From Acanthaster planci (Eukaryota), in NCBI RefSeq assembly GCF_001949145.1, contig NW_019091358.1, positions 1,601,208 to 1,621,207 on the forward strand: a stretch of 20,000 bases of DNA. Reading direction: 5' to 3'. Made by a program: the position numbers and the translations under genes. How positions within the stretch are numbered: the stretch's first letter is position 1; the number at the start of each line of letters is the position of its first letter. Below the pieces are notes generated by a model, which worked only from the letters and a program-made list of their open reading frames with translations, had not been told where the DNA came from and searched no databases. Of this stretch, positions 10,601-20,000 are shown one piece after another.

Positions 10601-11189
10601 CCAGGAAAATACTGTTCATGGCTGACATTTCTCATAGCCCTGTAACTAAGTGGCACCTTTGGTTTTTGTTGTAGGAACTAAATTTTCCACATGCAGAGAA
10701 GAACAAGAGAAATATGTTGATCCTCAAGATTCTGGAAACTCTATGAGAATCAGGTAAGAAATTTTTCTACGTAAATTATTCCCGTTCGAGATTTTACTTT
10801 AGAGGCGCAGTACGTATTGATTACCTTGGGATTATGATTTGGATAGGACAGCGAAAAGATAAATTTCAGGGAGGGGACGTTTAAGGGGAAGTTTAAACGG
10901 GTGCTCTCGTAGTCGCATTGCCGAACTCTCTACCTTCTTATACTGTATTGTTCGTAAATGCACACCCAGGCAAAGCAATTAAATAACTATCACGTGCTGA
11001 AAGACTAATGGCACTTCACTCACGCGTCTGTAAGTTTAACGGGTGCGTGCATTGGGCATTCACAGCACTATATTGGTCAAAAAGCATTTAACGCGCGCGT
11101 ACCACCTTGTCCACTCGCGTTTTGGCACTGCAGTTATGGCTTTTAATTCTGGTGTCCGAATCACCCTATATAAACACAGTGATTGATGG

Positions 11190-12020
11190 TCAACTATATT
11201 TAGTGATTTCTTTCTCACATTTTTCGAATTCCATACCCACACAACAAACAAACTTCGCTGGCCCCAGTTCATGCGAGTTCAGGCCAGATCCGTCCACTTC
11301 CTCCGCCGTGGACATCGTCGCTCACAATTTTTCTCTGAGCTTTCATTACCAAACTTTTCCAAATGTTTATCAAGCAAAGCGGTCATCAAAATAATTTTGG
11401 AAGTTCCTATCCCATATCTTGTAAATCAATCATACTAAACTTGACCTCACAACTCCGGCTGGACAGTCTCTTTTTTATCTGCTCGGACTTCATCATTTTT
11501 TTCGTGCAGCGCTTTAACTGTGAAATGTTTACGCTTGAATGTACCAATTATTCAGATGGGGAACTCTAGAGCATTTTCTAAATTGCCCATTATGTACACC
11601 TTGAAGAAAATAATACTCGAAGTTTAACTCTTAGTGGAAACAACTCCGTTGTTCCTTGACATCTCCTCGGACATCCAAGGGCAGCTGCAAGTTGGTAACG
11701 CGTAATTCATATCTTTAAATTTGATTTGTATACACAGACTTTGGTGTACTGAATATTCTGTAAAAGAGTTAAGCATACACATATTCTGGACTTGCCCATA
11801 AACCAATTGTAGGCTCTGTCTTGCACGTCCGTGCTGGATCTTGAACCATTTCATAGTGATGATGCCGGCCGATGTTGCTACTCCACCACGATTAACCAGG
11901 GCAGGAGGCCCATAATTATGTCCGCGCAAAGTTCCGATACGTACGAAATTTGCTATCAGAATATCTCGTATAGCTCAGTTGCCCCAGCTTCACATGGTCT
12001 CGTCCACTTTTTTGATTGAC
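11190..12020 (-). mobile_element. Degenerate 3' end of a CR1-group LINE ORF2
   Basis: Minus-strand fragments in order: LYEIF..Y.SE, DVQDRAYNWFMG (cf. LExVQxRAxRxI), IFFK-VHNG, NFQNYF..R..KVW-NE-LRE-IVS (cf. FFxxRxxxxWNxLPxxVV). Confidence 0.45.
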
Positions 12021-12059
12021 GCACATACCCTATTTGTTTATTTGGTTTGTAGGTAAAAC

Positions 12060-15000
12060 CGCTTCCCCAGGAATGCGCACGTGCCTCTTCTGGGGACTCA
12101 CGCCTTTGAGCTGAACTTGATCACCTTTGTCATGTCTTGCATAAAACTTTCAGTGCTGCGTAAAGTCACTGTGCGTATTTTCTGGTTTTACCCTGCAAGT
12201 GAGTGTGACCCAAGGTAAACATTGTCGTTAGAAGGTGCTGACCGTCACTTAAATGTGAGAAATTTCCAAGTAAGGAATAGAATGCATGCAGATGAAGATA
12301 ATGCTGTAAAGATCAAGGAAGAATCTACAGCAAAAAAGAAATATGTTATCAATTAAGTGCGTGGCATACAACTGATGTACATCCACATCAACACTTTATT
12401 TATGGATATCACTGCATAATTTTCGAATTACAAGAGTCAATTCTTAAGCTAACAACCACAAGTAATATCTGATCCAGTAACATTGCAAACATGCCCCCCT
12501 CTTACTCTGGAACCCGTCAGATTAGTGAAATAGGAATTCAAATCCCTCACGTGCGATTGAGTCTAGGCCTATATCTGGTACACTAGGCCTGAACCGGCAC
12601 AGGGAGTCGTCCACTCAGCTGTCAGTGTCACAATGTNNNNNNNNNNNNNNNNNNNNNNNNNNNNNNNNNNNNNNNNNNNNNNNNNNNNNNNNNNNNNNNN
12701 NNNNNNNNNNNNNNNNNNNNNNNNNNNNNNNNNNNNNNNNNNNNNNNNNNNNNNNNNNNNNNNNNNNNNNNNNNNNNNNNNNNNNNNNNNNNNNNNNNNN
12801 NNNNNNNNNNNNNNNNNNNNNNNNNNNNNNNNNNNNNNNNNNNNNNNNNNNNNNNNNNNNNNNNNNNNNNNNNNNNNNNNNNNNNNNNNNNNNNNNNNNN
12901 NNNNNNNNNNNNNNNNNNNNNNNNNNNNNNNNNNNNNNNNNNNNNNNNNNNNNNNNNNNNNNNNNNNNNNNNNNNNNNNNNNNNNNNNNNNNNNNNNNNN
13001 NNNNNNNNNNNNNNNNNNNNNNNNNNNNNNNNNNNNNNNNNNNNNNNNNNNNNNNNNNNNNNNNNNNNNNNNNNNNNNNNNNNNNNNNNNNNNNNNNNNN
13101 NNNNNNNNNNNNNNNNNNNNNNNNNNNNNNNNNNNNNNNNNNNNNNNNNNNNNNNNNNNNNNNNNNNNNNNNNNNNNNNNNNNNNNNNNNNNNNNNNNNN
13201 NNNNNNNNNNNNNNNNNNNNNNNNNNNNNNNNNNNNNNNNNNNNNNNNNNNNNNNNNNNNNNNNNNNNNNNNNNNNNNNNNNNNNNNNNNNNNNNNNNNN
13301 NNNNNNNNNNNNNNNNNNNNNNNNNNNNNNNNNNNNNNNNNNNNNNNNNNNNNNNNNNNNNNNNNNNNNNNNNNNNCCGTGACAGTAATGTTTCCCTGTC
13401 TTATATGTCCTATGGATTGTCATCAGTCCAAGGAAAAATCAAGGATGTGCAGTCATTTCATATCTGTTTTCTTCAAATTCGTACATGCAAGCTTAACCTG
13501 AATTGAAATGAAGAGAGGAGTTGAATTTGTTTCTGACTTTCGTGCCCGGTATTTGCCACATACGACTTCAACTAGCGAGCGAGTGTGGATGTATGGGGAA
13601 AAGTGTATTCGCTTTTGCTCTGTGGTCGACCGTGTCCCCCCCTCCCTGAGCTATAAAAGTTACCGTAGGACGTCTCATCGCCATGGGCGTTGCTTCCCTC
13701 TGTGGTTTTCGCTCGAGGTCACAGCTGTCAGCTGTCTTCAGTGACTCCATTCCCGAATGGCGTAATTAATTGTCAAATCAAAGTAATGGTCCGTGAAACC
13801 TCAGCCGACAACAGCCTTGACCGCGAAAACTCGGGATAACCTCATACTGGGGTTCCCCAGGTAACGACAATGTATATGTACCCTTGATTCTAGACCCTGG
13901 CGTTGAAATGGGTTGAGTGGTCAAAAGAAGCGCCGGGCCTGGGAACTTTCAAATATTTAGGAAGATGTCCCCTTCGCTGTCTGTGTGGAGGACAGACAGC
14001 GGAATACTAGGCCTAGGTGTTGTAGCATGCAGAAAGGGCAAAAGTAATACAGTTCTGTATAAATGTATGAGAAATCATTTCGTTCTAGTTAAGGATTTTA
14101 CAGCGTCACGGTGGATTTATCGAATGACCCATTGATCTGATTGCTGCCGAAAGCAAAAACATCACCTCCGAGGTCCTCGGAGTGCGTAGTTCTTCGTTGG
14201 CAGAACTTCACAAGAGACAGATGCTTTCATGACATTTCATGGGAATCGGCAGTTGGTATGTCTTTCCTCACAATCTGGCCGACATCCAGTCATTGCATAT
14301 TCCTGTGCAACACCAATATACCATTTGGAAGCCAAACGGCTACAGTTTAAATAGTTTTGATGGAGCGAGTTTGATGTTGAACATGGAGATCTTCATGAAT
14401 GGAAGCCATGTGCCGGACGGATGCCGGAGGTAATACAAACATGGAAGTGTCCAAGGCCTGAGGGGAGGTGCAAAACCTCCTGTCGATTTCAGTCATTGCC
14501 AAGGCCACTCTCATGACAACACGTTATAAGACCATATGGAACGCATCCACTTGAAGTTGCCTGATAGGGATTGCAGGCCTAGGTTCAGGCCCAAGTATTA
14601 CTACCAACAGGTGGTTTCTATGCTAAAGGGTCACCGAGCAGGTAAGATTTTTGTATAGTCAAGATTGTAACTCTTTTCAATACCAAAAGTTTCCTTTACT
14701 TCACTGTATTCAAGTTTTCCAGGTCAGTTTTGGGATTCTAATGTCCAGTGTTGGACAGTGTTGCAAAGAAAAGCCAGAAACGGTGGCCAACCCGAATGAA
14801 GAAAATGGATTTTTAAGTATTGTAACATGGAAGCTTCTACTGCAGTGCCAAGTTTCATCCAGTGCTTTGAGTCGGTCGCTGGTGTCGATTGTCAGTCTTT
14901 GTGATTTTTTTCTTTGAGCTTTTCCTGTTAGTCGTTGCCGAGGACTCGACTGCTCTGTTGATTTGGAGTGCCTACTGTTAGGAATAGTTCTCTTTATATA

Positions 15001-18000
15001 ATAATTGCAGATACAAAGTTTCTCTGTTGGTTATCCTCCGCACACCAAACCTTTTAACTGCGGGGCTTGTTACAGACTTTGGGATCATAGAATAGAAATT
15101 AAACAATCAAAAAATCACCTCTGACATTAAATAGTACGCATGTATAAGGACTGAATGCATGGCTCCCGTTGGCCCCTGGATCTGCCAATGCCGGGACAAC
15201 AAGTGTATTGCAGCAGCTTCAATTATGTATTTTTCCTGGTTCTGGCGACTGATAACACTTCTTAACCTGCCAGTTGATGAAAACTTAGGGCAGATGATTG
15301 TCTTGAACATGGATGCAATGTTCTCCATAGGGATGCTTTCCAAGTCATCGGCTGGTTATTTTTCCGAATTACAAACAGCTGAAAGTCATCTATTCCTCTG
15401 GAAAACTCCTTACATTGTTACAAAAGCTGTCCACCTTCCCTCGCTTGCTAAACAACACTAGGCCTATCTGTCACGTGAACCCAGTAAAACCACTATAGCT
15501 TTCTGTGAAAGCAATCACCTTTGAACAAAAATAACAGCGCCTCATTAGCAATAATTGTGAAAACACAGCCTTGCTCCACTATTCAAGTTTGTGAGGTAAA
15601 AGCATTTCGTAGTTCTGGGGGACGCTCTTTTATTTCTGAAAACTATAGGGTGAACAGTTTTGAAGTCCTACACGTATCTCAGTATTCATTTTACCCTTTA
15701 AGTTACACCTTATGATTAGGTGCCACACCAGCTGATGTGTAAAAAACACTTGCTGTTTTGTTCAAAATTGAGAGAAAAGAAAATACAACATTCACCATAT
15801 CAAGAACACAGAAATATCGCTGAATGCTTAACAGAGACGAGTGGAGCGAGGAGTCCCTGTACTAGAGAGACCTGGAGAGGTCCACACTCCACGTGGCAAC
15901 CATTCCTGTCGAGAATAATGCTTTGTGACTGTTTGTCTACTGGGTTGGCTATGTTCACCCGTCCTTGGGAGAAATTAAAAGAAGACAGGTTGCGATAGAG
16001 CTACTAACCAACTTTTTTCAGCTTTCATAGTTTGTCTTCTAATCCGCTATTTGTGGTCAGAAACGTTTCACTCCATGCCCACACACTGTTCAAATTTCCG
16101 GACGGACTTGTGCGAAATCAGAAACAGAAGGTTTGCTCACTGGGCCTCGCCTCCAAAGAGGTATCTGGATTTGTCCAATCGTCTTGACCATCAACAATGA
16201 AGTCAGTGACCGAGTGAACAAGCATCCTGCATCCCTACCCTTGCTCTCCAAGCTGCCCCGCATCCTGAACGAGCATGCTCTTGGCACTCGTTCTTGCCCC
16301 GTCCCCTTCCCCCCAAACAGTGATATACTAGATGATAAAGAGCGGCGGGTCTGGTTTTCCTTGTAATTCAGTAGTCTAAATAACTTTCACTAAATGCATA
16401 AACCAGGATCTGCCAAGGATATATTCTAATCTTATTTGCTATGGTATCTGAAAGGCCTGTGGGTCCATACCCAGAATTTGGGTAATCGTGAGCATAGGAT
16501 ATCATTCCTATCAATGTATCAACTTAACACATTGCACGATGCTGTTAAATTGTATTGACCGTCAGTATGTGGGTGGCTACTCTTCCAAGCTGTTCGCAGA
16601 TGCAGAAGTGGAATTACTGGAACTTCTACTGAAACCTCCTAGTAATTTGGTCTCCCTTGTCCCTCCCCAAAAGTGCCTGATATATCACTGTTGTCTCCGG
16701 CGGTTCATGGAGGAGAGCTCGGTGTCTTATTGATACCATCAGTAGAGTATACATGAATCAACTCGTCAGCTTGTGATCTAAGCTGGGCAACGGTCACCGT
16801 GGATATTTGTTTTAAATTTCGTAACTGTTTATGGCTTCCTATAATTGTGATGAGATTTTGCATATAATACCAAGATATACCTTGTCTAGCGCAGGCTATA
16901 GTTTCCTCATCTTAACCTGTAATGGATTTTTAAGTCGAATGCCTTTTGGTGCGAATTTGTGTGTATGCAAATAATTGTGCGTGCCTGGAGTTTCAAAATG
17001 AAAAAGATTAGGTCCGCTCTCTGCCAACAGTATTTTCTCCCAATACATCTTTGGATACTTTCTTTGCCCGGAGGTCCCACATCTGGCTGTACAGTAAAGA
17101 TTTTTCTTTGTTATCCTGAGACTTTTGATTTCTGGCTCATCGCGTGACCTGCTTCGTTGGGAGACTCTTCTCAGTCATTTATAAGCAGAGATCCAAGGGA
17201 AGAGCCAAGAAGATACCTACCCTTTGGAATTAAAAGTTGTTAGTTTGATCACCATCCCGATTAATTCGCGTTAGTGCACTGACCCGTTTTGACCCTGGGA
17301 TGTCGACCTGAAGGTGCCATCCCATTGTTATCCATGCTTGATACCTTTCTCTTTGGTGTTGTCCCACTCTTCTTCTTGGGTCATCTTGTTTATTCTTATA
17401 GCCCATGGTCACATCTAACAGCAACAATCGCTTGAACAGCGGGAGATTACGAAAACTCCATGACATCGACAATTCGTATTCACGGTCGCTGGTCGGGAAT
17501 ATCTGCAGAACTTTAGTCGCAAATATCTCTGTTAAAAGGATTTCCATTCAGGAATGATGGCGTCGAAATTCAGGGCATGGATTCATTTGCAAGGCAGAAC
17601 CCCAGAACATATTAAGCCCTGCATGACCCATGTGATATTGGTAGTAATGCGTTTCAACTATTATTTGAAAAGAGGACGGCAGTTTTCCCTTGACCCAAGA
17701 CTTGTATGTGTTATTAAATTCCGATTAGTTTCCCAAACTTTCAGGGGGTTCGCAAACACTTTCCGTAGTGCATATCGCTGGAACGGCGACGAATTCATTT
17801 GAGGGAATAATGACATGGCAAGAAGCCAACTCCTTTTAGCTGTGTTTTGAAATTGAAGTAGATGGTGTGCACGAGGTAAATACATTCTTCCATTTTATTG
17901 GCAACCCATTCCATGGTTTCAAAGATCCCCACATGTTAGTTTTTGATGTGGACGCTATTGGCAACAATCGGACGGAAAGTCGGTATATTTCGTCCTTGTA

Positions 18001-18030
18001 TCAAGAATGTGTTTACTGTACACATGTTAC
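12060..18030 (-). mobile_element. Degenerate Zisupton/KDZ-superfamily (HMGXB3-related) DNA transposon, apparently spanning the assembly gap
   Basis: Minus-strand fragments in the expected order: GVGFLPCHY (about 17806-17832), ECQEHARSG (16263-16289), HYSR (15909-15920), SWIM-like FLCS*...SKC..H..VWHL (15717-15814), EHCIHVQDNHL, HAYY..NFYSMI..VC (15131-15142 onward), NPF..HRFW (14774-14811), STGGF (14472-14486), TG..ER-YQL-RF-HE (about 14236-14292), ELR..SEV, NEM..TFI..YN (about 14020-14085), LIFPW..GKHY just before the gap, then F-box-like MFAMLLDQILLVVV (12451-12492) beyond it. Many stops and frameshifts. Termini not identified. Confidence 0.65.
12637..13376. other. Assembly gap (740 N)
   Basis: Run of N. 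ORFs called across it are artefacts. There is one more isolated N at 8684. Confidence 1.
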
Positions 18031-18434
18031 CTTTTTCTTGCTGTTCTGTTTGAAATGAAGGCGGCACTTCTTTGCTTTTTATTTGTTGAGTCAGGACCGA
18101 TCTGCCTCTTTTTCAGTCACCTCATACGGAGGGACGTAGCTGTGACGAAAAATTTCGCTCATTTCCCAATACACAGAGACAATTACGATGTTCTGTCAAT
18201 TCACTAAAACCAAGCATGCGGCTATTATGACGAAAACATGAGAAGAGCTTACTGGAAATTTGTTGGTTACAACTAAATGCATGTAAGGAGCGTTGTCTCC
18301 TGCACTGGCATTAACACTAAGTGCTGAAACTCATATTTTTTTTTCAAATTTGAACATCACAGCCTAGACTGAAAAACGAATATGTAGGCCTATGGAACGT
18401 GCATTCACATACGTAGTATCCCAACATCTCTTCA

Positions 18435-18585
18435 ATATATGAGGGTCCAGTCAATTTGGGTTGTCCCCTGGTACCCTTCATTGGTACCAGGGATGATGTC
18501 ATTGATGAGAAAGATGGGGAAGGGGTCCCCTGCTGTAGTGTAGGGTGGTGCCCCTCTGCCCAGAAATTGAAAAAGACAAATTTGA
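18435..18585. repeat. GC-rich MITE-like fragment with internal hairpin
   Basis: Perfect 10-bp hairpin ccctggtacc (18466-18475) / ggtaccaggg (18483-18492) and palindrome-like ggggtcccc, inside the interrupted Harbinger ORF. Confidence 0.35.
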
Positions 18586-18639
18586 GTAGTGTTGTCGGAA
18601 ACTATGATTCAACCAATTTAATCCATGTCCAGAAACATG

Positions 18640-18861
18640 AAGTTACTCGGGTCACAGTTTTGGTGAGTTGACTTCAATTCTATCGAGTCCTTTTAGGTAA
18701 ATGACTCGACTCGAGTCACTGCAGGCAAATGACCCGACTCGACTCGTGCTTTATCAGAAGACTCGACTCGATCATCTTGATCTTATGACTCGATTCGAGT
18801 CACTTCGATTCCGCGACTCGAGTCGACTCGAGTAACAAAATTCAGTGACTCATTGCAACAC
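18640..18861. repeat. GACTC/GAGTC palindromic repeat cluster, probable non-autonomous DNA element end, inserted in the Harbinger transposase
   Basis: Multiple gactcgactcgagtc-type units (e.g. about 18703, 18760, 18787, 18815), ending in tgactcattgcaacac. It lies between transposase motifs that are normally close together. Confidence 0.7.
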
Positions 18862-20000
18862 GATGAAGTGGTAGCAAACTTTATAAATTCTGGCAGAGTT
18901 ATCAGCCGCCGTTGGTAGATGCTGTTGGCTTCATGAACAGTGTTCACGATATGGGTGAGCAACGTTTGCCTCACAAAGCCCTTTGTGAGCCGTGTGTATT
19001 CATGCTGACCTCGAGACCTCTTAAAGTTTCCGACAAATACATCTATTAAGTTAGTGAAAATAACATTAAGTTTCAAAAGTACGAGGTATAGGATCTCTTG
19101 TGTGTCTGTTTCTGTAAACACTGCGTTGTGAATTGGAAAGAGACGCAGACAGGGTTGTGTCAACTTCTTTACAGCACTTTTGTTGCATACAGTACCTAAG
19201 TGAATACATTTCGTGCTCAAGCGTGTTTAAGACAGCCAGAGAACCAGCAACACAAGCGCACTCCATTCCTTTTACTACACTTCCCAGTACAAACGAGGTC
19301 ACACTATAGTATTGTATTCTTTTTATAATTTTTACGGAGGAATCATCATTTTTGTAACAGGCTTGAAAATTCATTAACAAAATAAGTCATTATCAATCTT
19401 ACGGTATTAGGTGAACAATCCAGAATTGTACATACAGGGCTTGGTCACAAAATGTGAGCATACTAATTCCATAATGACTGATTTGCCGCATTGTTAATTC
19501 GCAAATGAAGATTACCAGTGGCGAGGTTTCCTTCTCTTTACTCTTGTTCAAAATCTTTGTCGGTCTAACCACGGCAAGCTAACCCATGTGGCATGACTAA
19601 GTCAGGCTGAACATGGCACATTTCACCCAAGCCCCGCGGGTTATCCTTCAAATGATGGATGGTTCCCTTCTTATGTACCGGTCTTAAGTAACCGTAAGGC
19701 GCTGGTGACACTTTGTTTCTGCTGGCAGGTGACCACGGTACACAGGGGACGATGAGGCCAACCTGAAAAAGCCGGGGTCCTGGAAAATGAGCTGAGGTGG
19801 AGGTTTGGGAAACTCTGCAATTTCTAAACCTGTAAAAGCCAGGTATTTCCCCTACTGACTAATCCGGATACAGGTGCAGAATTGGTTTTGACGTGGATGT
19901 GTGTCCAGAGATGGGCTCATATGGATTTGATTTATTTTGGCCATGCTTCGGTTTGCCCTCTTGTATGGAATTCCATATCTGCCGTCGCCCGTCGTCCGTC

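Larger units (their letters stand above)
18150..19800 (-). mobile_element. Degenerate PIF/Harbinger (HARBI1-like, DDE_Tnp_4) transposase
   Basis: Minus-strand motifs in canonical order: FFRL (about 19759-19770), LATGN (19511-19525), YGIS..T (19462-19473), VAGSL-GC (19237-19251, cf. GAIDGxH), IDVFVG..G.HE (19029-19046), ANSIYQRRLIT (18897-18929, cf. GDSxYPxxxWLxTP), ECTF..L..RF (18395-18406 onward), IIAACLVLVN (18199-18228, cf. IIxACCVLHN). Confidence 0.7.

Noticed and set aside
11040..11460. SRCR/EGF-like reading on the minus strand (GGSGRIWPELA*TG; HNCSA..CECP)
   Set aside because: Needs several frameshifts and lacks the WGTVCD core. The overlapping sequence fits a CR1-type LINE tail, in order with upstream LINE motifs.
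12569..13506. Long ORFs of 249-293 aa
   Set aside because: Artefacts of translating the N gap.
13508..13744. RAG1/Transib-like similarity (EKCIRF vs EKAVRF) and scattered CACTGTG/CACTATG heptamers
   Set aside because: No other RAG1 core motifs, no RAG2-like partner and no heptamer-spacer-nonamer ends seen. The opposite strand fits the Zisupton-like element.
14200..17550. Endogenous viral element
   Set aside because: No RdRp, capsid or polymerase motifs recognised. KDZ/SWIM motifs explain the region better.
18640..18861. CRISPR-like array
   Set aside because: Units are short, irregular palindromes without fixed repeat or spacer lengths. The context is eukaryotic with no cas genes.
19981..20000. 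gccgtcgcccgtcgtccgtc low-complexity repeat start
   Set aside because: Truncated by the window edge and too short to classify.

Overview
Eukaryotic (animal) genomic DNA with a 740-N scaffold gap (12637-13376). The intronless PAN + fibrinogen gene suggests an invertebrate deuterostome such as an echinoderm, but this is inference. The only intact protein-coding ORF is a secreted PAN/Apple + fibrinogen C-terminal domain (FReD) protein (23-994, minus). A decayed tandem paralog of it lies at about 2170-2960. Most of the rest is old, nested transposon sequence that the ORF track misses because of frameshifts and stops. By manual translation I read a Penelope-like retroelement (about 3780-7450, minus), an L2/CR1-group LINE RT (about 8780-10600, plus), a second LINE 3' end (about 11190-12020, minus), a Zisupton/KDZ-type DNA transposon that appears to span the gap (about 12060-18030, minus), a PIF/Harbinger transposase (about 18150-19800, minus) and several MITE-like inserts. 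Element calls rest on motif order compared with family consensus recalled from memory, not on database searches. I see no convincing new intact biological system. The most interesting item is the near full-length Zisupton-like fossil with putative Ulp1-like and F-box cargo.
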